Shown here: piece by piece, positions 53,516 to 62,566 of the stretch
Layout of the letters: the number at the start of each line of letters is the position of its first letter
Position numbering within the stretch: position 1 is the first letter of the stretch
Source: an uncultured Gemmatimonadales bacterium
GTDB taxonomy: Bacteria > Gemmatimonadota > Gemmatimonadetes > Gemmatimonadales > GWC2-71-9
Assembly: GCA_963798915.1 (NCBI GenBank)
Contig: CAWCVB010000010.1
Coordinates: 64,001-128,000 of the forward strand
Length of the DNA: 64,000 bases
Direction of reading: 5' to 3'
Made by a program: the position numbers and the translations under genes
Notes under the pieces: model-generated
What the model was told of the DNA's origin: nothing
The model's input: only the letters and a program-made list of their open reading frames with translations
Databases searched by the model: none

Positions 53516-54490
53516 ATGGCATTGAGCGATTCCGCGCGTCAGCTGCTCTCCAAAGTCGAGGTCCTCAAGGACCTCGAGGCCAAGGTGCGGCAGCTCATGA
53601 GCGTGCACGAGGAGAAGCGGGAGCTGTGGTTTCCCAGCGAACTTATCGGCCCGGAACCAGATGAATCGCCCGACACACACCGGGCTGAGTTGCGGAAGCG
53701 TGCCGAGGGCATTCCGGACGCCGTGCGGGCCGCGCTGGCGCTCAACCTGCTCACGGAAGAGGGCCTGCCGCATTTTCATCGGCTGCTGGCGGTATATCTG
53801 GACGATGACAGCTACTGGCGTTCATGGAACAACCTCTGGACCGCTGAAGAGGACCGGCACGGCCAGGTCCTGCACGACTACACCCGCGAAGCGGCCATCT
53901 TCCAGCAGCGCCGCCTGGAGGAGATGCAGTTCGAGTACCTCAAGGCCGGTTTCCATCCGGCGTGGGACCACGATCCCTATCGGGTATTTGCCTACACCAC
54001 GGTGCAGGAGCGGGCGACCCAGTTCTCGCACGCGGCCACTGGCCAGCTGATTGCCGAGTACGATGATCGGCTGTCGATGATCCTGGACCGGATCGCGCGC
54101 GAGGAGGCCCGGCATTTCGCGTTTTACCGCACGATCATGCAGGAAATCCTGGAACGGGATCCGGACCAGGCGCTCCAGTCCATGGTGCAGGTGCTGCCCA
54201 GCATTGACATGCCGGGGCATTCGATGCCGGGATTCCGCGAGATGGCCGACGTGATCCGGCGTTCGGGCATCTACGGCCCGCGGGACTACCTCCGCATTGT
54301 GCAGGAGCAGATCAAGTACTGGAAGATCGAGACCCTGGACGGGTTGTCGGAACTGGGGCAGAAGGCGCAGGAGAAGATCCTGGCGATTCCCGACCGCCTC
54401 CGGCGAGTTGCCGACGCGATCGAGACTCGCAGCCGCGCCAAGACATTCAGCTTTGACGTGGTCTTCAACCGGGAATTTGCCCTGGAATGA
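53516..54490 (+). CDS. Soluble diiron acyl-ACP desaturase
   Basis: NLLTEEGLPHF, WTAEEDRHG, YTTVQERAT, IAREEARHFAFY, IDMPG. Confidence 0.9.
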   Translation: MALSDSARQLLSKVEVLKDLEAKVRQLMSVHEEKRELWFPSELIGPEPDESPDTHRAELRKRAEGIPDAVRAALALNLLTEEGLPHFHRLLAVYLDDDSYWRSWNNLWTAEEDRHGQVLHDYTREAAIFQQRRLEEMQFEYLKAGFHPAWDHDPYRVFAYTTVQERATQFSHAATGQLIAEYDDRLSMILDRIAREEARHFAFYRTIMQEILERDPDQALQSMVQVLPSIDMPGHSMPGFREMADVIRRSGIYGPRDYLRIVQEQIKYWKIETLDGLSELGQKAQEKILAIPDRLRRVADAIETRSRAKTFSFDVVFNREFALE

Positions 54491-54927
54491 GGACTGCGCT
54501 TCTCGGGCTCGCCGTGGCACTTGCGGCCTGCGGCAAGCATGAGGCAGCCAGTGCCAGCGCCGGAGCACCACGAACCGCGGCCGATTCAGCCGAGGCCGAC
54601 GCCACTGCACTGGGCCGCGAGATCTACCATCTTCTCGACCTGGCCGCCGACTATCGTGGTTCGCACCGCAATCGCCTGCCTCGCTCGCTTCGACAACTCG
54701 GCACTGACAGCCTCACCGGCACCATCGCGCGGCGGGTCGACGCCCGCGGCAGCGACTTTGTTGCTGGAGCGGCGTTCCGTGATCCGACTGGCCATTACTG
54801 GACGTCATGCGAAGGCGAACTCAAGGTGCTGGAAGATGCGGTGATCGGCGCCGGGCGCTATACGCTCACCTGCACCTCTCCGAGCGGAGAGTCGAGGGAA
54901 GTGCAGGCCGGTGGGGCGCTCGACTGA
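54487..54927 (+). CDS. Hypothetical lipoprotein
   Basis: MRTALLGLAVALAAC lipobox. Confidence 0.65.
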   Translation: MRTALLGLAVALAACGKHEAASASAGAPRTAADSAEADATALGREIYHLLDLAADYRGSHRNRLPRSLRQLGTDSLTGTIARRVDARGSDFVAGAAFRDPTGHYWTSCEGELKVLEDAVIGAGRYTLTCTSPSGESREVQAGGALD

Positions 54928-54928
54928 C

Positions 54929-55507
54929 ATGCTGCCATGGATCTACCTGGGTCTTCGCATTGCCATTGCCGCCGCCTTTCTCTTCACGCTGATTGTCGCC
55001 GTCACCCATTGGCTGGTACGCGAGCGCAAGCTGGCCGCGTTCGGTGTCTGGGCCCGCACCGTCCGGCGGGTCAGCGATCCGGTCCTCCAGCCCATCGAAC
55101 GGCGGCTGGTGCGCTCGGGCGGCAATCCTCAGCAGGCACCGGTCTGGCTGGCCGGGCTCACGCTGATCCTTGGACTGGTTGCGCTGTGGCTGTTCCGCTG
55201 GATTGTCGGGACATTCGTTTCGCTCGTCTACCTGTCCCGGGGTGAGCCGCGGTTCTGGATCGCACAGTTGGTTCACTGGGCATTCTCCATCCTCGAAATC
55301 GCGATCATCATCCGGGTCATCGGCAGCTGGATCGGTGCGGGCAGGTACACCCGCTGGATGCGGCCGTTCGTGGTCCTCACCGAGTGGCTGCTCGCCCCGC
55401 TGCGACGGGTGATTCCGCCCTTCGGCATGATCGACATCTCACCGCTGGTTGCCTATTTCCTCCTGGTGATTGCGGAACGCGGGGTGATGAGTCTGATACT
55501 GTCATGA
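54929..55507 (+). CDS. YggT family membrane protein
   Basis: Two YGGT-like halves: VSDPVLQPIER and LTEWLLAPLRRVIPPFGMIDISPLVA. Confidence 0.88.
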   Translation: MLPWIYLGLRIAIAAAFLFTLIVAVTHWLVRERKLAAFGVWARTVRRVSDPVLQPIERRLVRSGGNPQQAPVWLAGLTLILGLVALWLFRWIVGTFVSLVYLSRGEPRFWIAQLVHWAFSILEIAIIIRVIGSWIGAGRYTRWMRPFVVLTEWLLAPLRRVIPPFGMIDISPLVAYFLLVIAERGVMSLILS

Positions 55508-55682
55508 GTCGCGGGTCGTGGGTCGTGGGTCGTAGGAGCGGAAGGTGGCACTTTCCTTCGCTCGCTCTGCTCCCTCAGGATGAGGAGTGCGATGGGTTCG
55601 ACCCCGCGTCTCGTGACCCTCGACCGCCGAGCCGCCGAGCCGCCGAGCCGCCGAGCCGTCTACCACCCACGACCCACCGCCC
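55506..55682. repeat. Inverted heptamer arrays (GGGTCGT)n / (ACGACCC) with inner (CCGCCGAG)x4
   Basis: Read directly between yggT and yggU. Confidence 0.7.
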
Positions 55683-55958
55683 ATGGCCCAATATCTTACC
55701 CTCCGAATCCTGGTCCAGCCTCGCGCCTCGCGCAGTGAGATCGTGGGTCCCCACGGCGACCATCTCAAGGTGCGACTCGCGGCGCCGCCAGTGGACGGCG
55801 CGGCCAATGAGGAGCTGGTGCGGCTGCTGGCCCGCGAACTGGGAGTCCCCCGCAGTGGGATCGAAATCGTGGGTGGGCTGTCCTCGCGCCGGAAGACGGT
55901 GAGGGTCAGCGGGGCACAACCGGATGCAGTGGAAAGAGCCCTCAGCCGTCCGCGCTGA
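55683..55958 (+). CDS. DUF167 (YggU) protein
   Basis: VQPRASRSEIVG.HGD.LKVRLAAPPVDGAANEEL, SSRRKTV. Confidence 0.92.
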   Translation: MAQYLTLRILVQPRASRSEIVGPHGDHLKVRLAAPPVDGAANEELVRLLARELGVPRSGIEIVGGLSSRRKTVRVSGAQPDAVERALSRPR

Positions 55959-55963
55959 CCGTG

Positions 55964-56045
55964 CTTTCAGCCTTCAGCTTTCAGCCTTCAGCCTTCAGCT
56001 TTCACCCTTCAGCTTTCAGCCTTCAGCTCTCGGCCCTCAGCTCTT
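55964..56045. repeat. Heptamer array (CYTTCAG)x~11
   Basis: Read directly; same unit as the 21141 array; between convergent genes. Confidence 0.85.
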
Positions 56046-56054
56046 CGCTGAAGC

Positions 56055-59012
56055 CTATTCCAGCGCCGCTACCTCCACCCTGATCCGATCCACATCGGCT
56101 CGCAATGAAGGTTCGGGAGTGGCGCGGAGCGCCAGGTAATGGCCGTACGCCTGCCGCGCCTCCGCCTTATTGCCCGTGAGCTTGGCGAGCCGGCCCTCCT
56201 CGCGGAAGAGCGTAGACAGGGCCACCTGAATCCGCTGCGCCCCCGCATCCGCCACCGGCGCGCGGCGCCGGACGGCAGCGAGGGCCTTGTCGTATTCGCC
56301 GCGCCTGGAATAAAGATCCGCCAGTGTCAGATTGCCGAGCGTCACCGCCCATGAATTCCTGAAAGGATCCAGTACACTGGGCGAGTCCAGCTCGGCGATG
56401 AGCCGAGCGGCTTCCGGGCTCCGCCGCGCAACGGCCAGTCGGGCCGGCAGAACCAGCAGGCATACGTCGCCCAGTTCTTCACGTTGCGGCCCTGTCGTCA
56501 GGCGCAGCCGCGCGATGAGCGGTGGAAGCTGATCCCACTGGTTGCGCCCTGCCCGCCAGAGGCCCACCGCACAGATCGCGAGTTGCTCCGCCAGATCGGG
56601 CGGCGTGCGTGCGTCATCCAGATTTTCAATACGCGCGGTGAGGCGAGCTACGGTTTCTGCCGCCAAGGTGGTGTCGCCATCCCAGAACAGTGCGGCGAAG
56701 ACCTGACTGAAATCGTGATAGAGTCCGGTGGCTTCCGCACCGGCGGCCATGCGCGCCACGCCGGCAGCTTCCAGTGGACGGCCACGATTGAGGGCGAGTT
56801 CTTCCCGGCGCTGGTAGGCCCGGACGAGATCGCCGGCAACCCCGGCCCGCCGCTGGAGCTCCGTGGTGGCATCCACCGCGTCCTCAATCCGGATCCCTTC
56901 CAACTGCGCGGCGGAGAGCAGGCGGTTGAGCGTCGCATCGGTCTGATCCGGAATTCTGGCATGGAACGCGGCCAGCTGGAGCGAGTCGCCGAGGGACGCC
57001 GCAATCAGCCAGCGATAGAACTCGGCAAGGTCACCATCAGTGTCCAGCGCCCGATACCGCGCGCCCAGCCGCCGCACAATTGCGGTGTCGCCAAGGCTGG
57101 CCTCGATGTCCAGCAGGTGGCCCAGCGCCGGCACATACGTCGAGTCTATCTCAAGCGCCTTGCGGTAGGACGCCGCTGCCCGGTCCCGCACCCCAGGCAG
57201 GCCGGCCCACGACTGCTGGTTCAGTACCCAGCCCAGCTGGAACCAGATGTCCGGGCGGTCAGGCGCGCGCGCTGCCACCGCATCGCAGATTTCGTAGTCG
57301 GAGATGGAATCTGGCACCGGCGTCGCTGCCAGGCGTCGGTCGAGACATGCCCCGAACTGCCGATCCAACGGAGGCAGGGTTGCCGCGCGTGATAGGAGCC
57401 AATCCGAAATCCGACTTCCCGCGGGGTCCTTCACCATCTCGCTCCCCATGATCAAGCCGACAGCCGCGAGCGTTAGCGAGGAGTCCTGGCTGAGTGCTTC
57501 CTTGTAATGCGCCAGCGCGACGCTGAACCTCCCGCTGGCAAAATCCTGCTCGCCCGCAATGAATGCGCGCGCCGCGGGGAGTGACGCATGCTGGATCATG
57601 GACAATCGCTCGTCAGGCTGACCGGCGAGCACTGCCATCAAGCCGGCTGCAACCCGGTCCGCGAGCGCCAGCAGACTGTCCCGGCTTCCGCTCACATTTG
57701 AAATTCGCGCCAGAACCCTTCCGTCGCTGGCGGCCTCGATCGTCGCCGTCACCGCCAACTGCTGGCCCGAGGTAAGCACCTGCCCGCGCAGCAGGCGCGG
57801 ACTGCCGAGCGCACGGGCGAGGGTGCTCATGTCACGAGCCCCCAGGGTGGCTGGAGTGAGTTTCAATCGGTTGAGCGCGGCCCTCACTGCCGAGGGATCC
57901 ATCGCCCGCGGCCCACCCAGGCCGGTGAAGCGGTCCGCCAGGAGATTCGACAGCGCCGACCCGGCTGAACTGGCGGCGGAATCGTCAGGGTCCGCCGCGG
58001 CGAGTGGAAGGATGGCGACGCGATTCATGTCAAGCGGGAGCCCGCGCGACCGGCGGGCCAGGACCTGCCACCCGATGAGCGTGCCAACCACCAGCAGCAC
58101 CAGCGCTGCCACCCACGGCCAGCGCTTGCGAGACGCAGGCAGTGCCGGGGCCATGAGCGAGGAACGGCTCCAGGCCTGGAATGACTCGCCTCGAAGCACG
58201 CGGGCAAGTTCGCCTGCGTCGGGAAACCGGTCGGCAGGATTCTTGGCCAGTGCCCGGTGCACCGCAGCCTCGATGATTTCCGGCACCGAGTCGCGGACGG
58301 CACGGATACTGGGCACCCGCTCGACGGCATGACGCGCGAAGACCTGTTGCACCGACGCGCCGGTGAACGGTGGCTCGCCCACCAGCATCTCGTAGATGAC
58401 ACATGCGAGACTGTACTGATCGGAGCGCCCATCCAAACGGGTCGAGCTTCCGATCTGCTCGGGGCTCATGTACATCGGCGTACCGACCACGAGTCCGGAC
58501 GACGTCAGCACTGCCTGGTCCTGCTCCAGCGCGTGCGCCAGACCGAAATCCGCCACCAGCGCGTGGGCGCCGCTCAACAGAATGTTGCCGGGCTTGATGT
58601 CCCGGTGCACCACACCCTGATGGCCGGCGTACTCCAGTGCGTCGGCGACTTCCGCGCCAATCCGGAGCGCATCCTCGATGGCTAGCTGTCCTTCGCGCCT
58701 GATCCGGACCGCCAGCGATTCTCCCTCGACGACCGGCATGACATAGTACAACAGGCCATCCGCGTCACCGCTGTCATGCAGTGGCAGGATGTTGGGATGA
58801 TTCAGCCGGGCGGCCACCCGGATTTCGCGCAGAAATCGTTCGTGACCCAGCGAGGCGGCCAGATCGGGTGAGAGAGCCTTGATGGCGACTTCGCGCCCAT
58901 GACGCTCATCCCACGCCCGATACACGACCGCCATGCCGCCGCGTCCCAGCTCCCCCCTGACCGTATACCGACCGGCCAGGGCGGCGCCGAGCCGCGCTTC
59001 GAGTTCACTCAT
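56055..59012 (-). CDS. Hanks-type Ser/Thr kinase with TM segment and C-terminal TPR-like region
   Basis: LGRGGMAVVY, VAIK, HRDIKPGNILL, DFGLA, GTPMYMSPEQ; TM WPWVAALVLLVVGTLIGW. Confidence 0.92.
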   Translation of the reverse strand: MSELEARLGAALAGRYTVRGELGRGGMAVVYRAWDERHGREVAIKALSPDLAASLGHERFLREIRVAARLNHPNILPLHDSGDADGLLYYVMPVVEGESLAVRIRREGQLAIEDALRIGAEVADALEYAGHQGVVHRDIKPGNILLSGAHALVADFGLAHALEQDQAVLTSSGLVVGTPMYMSPEQIGSSTRLDGRSDQYSLACVIYEMLVGEPPFTGASVQQVFARHAVERVPSIRAVRDSVPEIIEAAVHRALAKNPADRFPDAGELARVLRGESFQAWSRSSLMAPALPASRKRWPWVAALVLLVVGTLIGWQVLARRSRGLPLDMNRVAILPLAAADPDDSAASSAGSALSNLLADRFTGLGGPRAMDPSAVRAALNRLKLTPATLGARDMSTLARALGSPRLLRGQVLTSGQQLAVTATIEAASDGRVLARISNVSGSRDSLLALADRVAAGLMAVLAGQPDERLSMIQHASLPAARAFIAGEQDFASGRFSVALAHYKEALSQDSSLTLAAVGLIMGSEMVKDPAGSRISDWLLSRAATLPPLDRQFGACLDRRLAATPVPDSISDYEICDAVAARAPDRPDIWFQLGWVLNQQSWAGLPGVRDRAAASYRKALEIDSTYVPALGHLLDIEASLGDTAIVRRLGARYRALDTDGDLAEFYRWLIAASLGDSLQLAAFHARIPDQTDATLNRLLSAAQLEGIRIEDAVDATTELQRRAGVAGDLVRAYQRREELALNRGRPLEAAGVARMAAGAEATGLYHDFSQVFAALFWDGDTTLAAETVARLTARIENLDDARTPPDLAEQLAICAVGLWRAGRNQWDQLPPLIARLRLTTGPQREELGDVCLLVLPARLAVARRSPEAARLIAELDSPSVLDPFRNSWAVTLGNLTLADLYSRRGEYDKALAAVRRRAPVADAGAQRIQVALSTLFREEGRLAKLTGNKAEARQAYGHYLALRATPEPSLRADVDRIRVEVAALE

Positions 59013-61371
59013 GCGACTGATCTGCCACGATGGGCCAACCCTCGGATTCGAAGAACGGATGGCATGCGCGGCCCGGCCTCTCCAGATCCTGCTCCAGCAG
59101 AGCAACCCCCAACCTTCCCTTGTACAGCGACAAGTGCCCTGCCGCACTCCGCGCAAACGGCTTGGCATCGCGCTCCAACAGCAGGCGAGCGCGGTCCAGC
59201 CAGCGGGCATCGCCGGTCATCCGGTGAAGCGCGAGCAGGGCATAGCTGCGGCCTGCCAGTCCGCAGCACAAGTCGGGAAACCGGTCCGGTGCTTCCCATG
59301 CGCTCCACCCGCACCGTTCGGCCAGAACCGCATATCGGTCATTCCGAGTCAACTGAAAGGCAATATTCCAGAGATGTACCAGCCCGGCCGGCCCGTTGCA
59401 CCACCCCGGAAGATCATGATGACTGCCAGTTCCGGGCACGTGGGGGAACTGGATGCCGCGGCCCCGAGGTTCCGCCAACCGTCCCAGCGTTGCCAGCGCC
59501 CGCGCGATGGCCTGAGAGGGTGCCTGCCGCGCAACCCGACACCAGCGGAGCATCGCGTAGAGCACTCCTCCCCAGCCATGGGCAATGCCGGCGTTGTCCA
59601 ACGGGCCGCCCGCTGGAAAGGACACGAATTCCGCCAGCGTCGCACCCAGCCGGCGCATCAGCTCCTCTCCCAGGGCGCGCAGCAGCACGCGCGATGGAGC
59701 AAGCTCGGCCGGAGCCGCCTCCAGCAGCATCACAGCGCCCAACAGCACGCCCGCAATGCCATGGCCCAGTTCAACCCGCGTCTCGGCGGCAATATCCAGT
59801 GCGCAGAAGCGCTTGATTGCAGCAGCCATCCGTGTGAGCTGGCCAGATGCCTGGGCGAGGTGCGCGTCCACCAGAATCAGGCCAGAACCAGTAAAATATG
59901 GCGTCACGCTGCCGGTGACATCCGCTTCCAGTCCTTGACGGGGACTCAGGAATGCGCCGGAGCCACGGCTTGCCTGCTTTGCGGTTTCGCACCAGCCGGC
60001 CGCCGCCGAGAGCAGTTCCGGCTCGTTGCGCAGGACAGCCAACCGGTACAACCCGAACGCCGTACCGGCCATGCCATGCATCAGCGAGCAGCGCGGCGCC
60101 CCGATCATGCGAGCCCACTCCGGTGGAGAGCGCCGAGCCAATGTGCGCAGCCACGCGTCTGCCCGACTTTGGGACTGGATACGCACCGGCGTGCCAACCG
60201 GCGGAACTGTGCAACTCGCCAACGCATCGGCGAAGTGGCGCACCGAGCGAAATCGATCCGAGGCCTTCTGTGCCAGGGCCCGGCCGAGCACCGCCTCGAG
60301 CCCGGGCCACGGTGCAGCACCGTGGGCGGCGAATGGCAGTGGCCGCGCTCTGGCCAGCGCCTGAAGCATCACCTCGCGGTCCTGGGAGTCTCCCACATGC
60401 GGGGTGCCTGCGGCCATGTGGTACAGGAGCGCTGCAAGCGCAGATTGCTCGCCCACGGCGGAGAGCGGCGGTGGGGAAGAGCCAGCCAGCATGGCTTCGG
60501 CAAACTGGGGATCGGAGTACGGCAGCACCACGCCGCGATCCACCGGCCGTCGTCCCGGCGTCTTGCTGCACCCGAAATCGAGAATCGTAATCCGGCCCTG
60601 AGCGCTCACCAGAAGGTTTCCGGCGTGCACATCCCCGTGCAACACGCCCCTCGCGTGGAGGCGCGCATAGGCGCGCGCGATGGAGACCAGCAGGTGGAAC
60701 AGCGGCGCGCGACCTGCATGACCGGCGCTTCGAAGCTCGCGCGCCCGTACCAATGGAGAGACTCCGCTGCGCCAGCCCATCACCAGAAATGGGCGGCCTT
60801 CGAGAGTGCCGGCAGACCTGAGTGCGGGAGCGCCACGGCCGCCCAGCAGTTCCAGCACATGCTGTTCCTGACGCAGGGCCCGACGCAGCCGGCGCTCGGA
60901 GCCGAGGCGGGCGATCTTCATTGCCACGACCCGCCCGCGGGAATCCCGTGCCTGATAGAGTTCGGAGTCTTCGAGCACCATCACATGGCGGACCACCACA
61001 AATCCGGCAATCCTCTCGCCCTTGTCCAGCGATGGCATGATACGGGAGGCATCGGGCGATCCCGCAGGCACCAGGAAGCGAGCCTCATAGCAATCGCGGA
61101 GCAGCGGGAATGAATCGGTCAGCGCCTGTTGCGGATCGCCATTGCTGCTGTGGGCGATGATCGCATCCGCGATGCGGGTAGGCGTCTGGAAGTGGCGAAG
61201 CAGTTCGGCAGCGTCCCGGCTGACCACTCTCGAAGACGCCCGGACCCGCGCCCGACCCAGCGCAAATCCGCCCTCCACGCGAGGCAGGCGCCGGCGCAGC
61301 CCGTCGGGAAGTTCGGCCAGCGGCGTCAGCAGGACGTCCCCGGGCAGGATCAGTGCGTCAGTGATCGCCAT
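59005..61371 (-). CDS. Kinase-LanC fusion (lanthionine synthetase C-like) with N-terminal RRE-like domain; no lyase domain
   Basis: Kinase VAMK, LHGDVHAGN, ILDFG. LanC GxxG repeats (SLMHGMAG, FTGSG, HGIAG, GIAHGWGG, WCNGPAG, LCCGLAG, LYKGRLG). Confidence 0.85.
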   Translation of the reverse strand: MAITDALILPGDVLLTPLAELPDGLRRRLPRVEGGFALGRARVRASSRVVSRDAAELLRHFQTPTRIADAIIAHSSNGDPQQALTDSFPLLRDCYEARFLVPAGSPDASRIMPSLDKGERIAGFVVVRHVMVLEDSELYQARDSRGRVVAMKIARLGSERRLRRALRQEQHVLELLGGRGAPALRSAGTLEGRPFLVMGWRSGVSPLVRARELRSAGHAGRAPLFHLLVSIARAYARLHARGVLHGDVHAGNLLVSAQGRITILDFGCSKTPGRRPVDRGVVLPYSDPQFAEAMLAGSSPPPLSAVGEQSALAALLYHMAAGTPHVGDSQDREVMLQALARARPLPFAAHGAAPWPGLEAVLGRALAQKASDRFRSVRHFADALASCTVPPVGTPVRIQSQSRADAWLRTLARRSPPEWARMIGAPRCSLMHGMAGTAFGLYRLAVLRNEPELLSAAAGWCETAKQASRGSGAFLSPRQGLEADVTGSVTPYFTGSGLILVDAHLAQASGQLTRMAAAIKRFCALDIAAETRVELGHGIAGVLLGAVMLLEAAPAELAPSRVLLRALGEELMRRLGATLAEFVSFPAGGPLDNAGIAHGWGGVLYAMLRWCRVARQAPSQAIARALATLGRLAEPRGRGIQFPHVPGTGSHHDLPGWCNGPAGLVHLWNIAFQLTRNDRYAVLAERCGWSAWEAPDRFPDLCCGLAGRSYALLALHRMTGDARWLDRARLLLERDAKPFARSAAGHLSLYKGRLGVALLEQDLERPGRACHPFFESEGWPIVADQSHE

Positions 61372-62464
61372 GCTGTCCCATCCCGCCGGCGGTGCCGACC
61401 ACGACCGGGCTCCAGCTTTCAACATCGACAGCATCCAGCGACACGCGATCCATCGCGAATCGCCACGCCGGGACGATGCAGCCGCGGTCTCGAGCGGCCT
61501 GCGCGAGCGCACTCGCGAGGCGCTGGGTGAGCCAGGCGCGCCAGCTCTCGTCGCCAGCCCAGGGCGCTGCGCGGCCGCGGCCTGCCGGATCCACACCCCA
61601 CGATATCAGCGCCGAGTCAAACAACTGTCCGGTGAACGGGACTCCCTGTGCTGCCACGCCGGCCAGATCACGGGAGAGTCTGCGGGCAGCCTGCAGCATG
61701 CCGCGCCGCGAACTGAAGTAGAGCACCAGTTTATCCGGCCGCAGAATGTTGTAGAGATCCCGTCCCACCTTCATCGAGATTGCACCGGCCACACGCGCAG
61801 CTGCGTGCAGCGACGGTCGCACCAGCTCAGGCATCGGACTCAGGTACAGCTTCCAGATCCTGCGGCCCGGACGAGGCAGCGGTGTACGGTCCCATGAGAG
61901 CCATGCGCCACCGGCTTCAGGGTCCGACGCCTGAAGCCGTGACCCGTGCGGCATGTCGCGCAGCAGTTCGCGCCCCAGCGCTTCCGCGTCGGGATACCGC
62001 TCCCGCCAGGCCGGCGTGGCCGGCAGCGTGTTGAACGCGTAGAGCAGCCGTGCCGATGCTGACACGTCCGGCAACTCGAACGCGGCGGTCTGCCGCAACG
62101 CGTCCAGCGAAAGCGTGGCCAGCGCCGAGGAGGGAGCGGGTCCGTCAGCGTTGGGGAAAAAGATCCGGTGTGCCGCGCCTCCGCTCACGTAACGCCGGCC
62201 CGCACGGATTTCGAGGACTCCATCCAGCACCAGCGCCTGAAGTGAGTGAATCGGAATCGAAGGGGGCGCCAGTCGTGGGTGCGCCAACTCGACAAAGAGC
62301 CGGGCGGTCGAGCGGTTCACCACCCGCGGCGCCCGGAAGTCTCCTGCCTCGGGAGTGAGCAGCCCACCGAACGCAGCGTGTGCCGCCTGGCGCACCAGCC
62401 ACGCCGGCATCGGCTCGGGCAAGGCCTCCGGCGCCAACAGGCGGTAACCTGGCGCGGCCCGCAT
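61358..62464 (-). CDS. HopA1-like putative phosphoSer/Thr lyase
   Basis: WKLYLSP, MKVG, RPDKLVLYF, GVPFT, ISWGVDP, ESWR.W...RLA pattern resembling HopA1/LanY-type lyases; sits between precursor and kinase-LanC. Confidence 0.65.
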   Translation of the reverse strand: MRAAPGYRLLAPEALPEPMPAWLVRQAAHAAFGGLLTPEAGDFRAPRVVNRSTARLFVELAHPRLAPPSIPIHSLQALVLDGVLEIRAGRRYVSGGAAHRIFFPNADGPAPSSALATLSLDALRQTAAFELPDVSASARLLYAFNTLPATPAWRERYPDAEALGRELLRDMPHGSRLQASDPEAGGAWLSWDRTPLPRPGRRIWKLYLSPMPELVRPSLHAAARVAGAISMKVGRDLYNILRPDKLVLYFSSRRGMLQAARRLSRDLAGVAAQGVPFTGQLFDSALISWGVDPAGRGRAAPWAGDESWRAWLTQRLASALAQAARDRGCIVPAWRFAMDRVSLDAVDVESWSPVVVGTAGGMGQHGDH

Positions 62465-62510
62465 TTTGGCTGAGTGACAGAATGATTTGGACACAGCGAT
62501 GAACGCGGCA

Positions 62511-62548
62511 CCACCCATCCGGCGCACCGGCGTGCGCCGGATGGGTGG
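62511..62548 (-). terminator. 17-bp perfect hairpin between precursor and lyase genes
   Basis: CCACCCATCCGGCGCAC-cggc-GTGCGCCGGATGGGTGG; no U-tract. Confidence 0.65.
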
Positions 62549-62566
62549 CTGAGCGTCGAGTGGTGG

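Noticed and set aside
58933..61113. 726-aa + strand ORF and similar long ORFs (e.g. 38631-40583, 21877-23403, 26954-28303)
   Set aside because: High-GC antisense shadows of well-supported genes, with no motifs of their own
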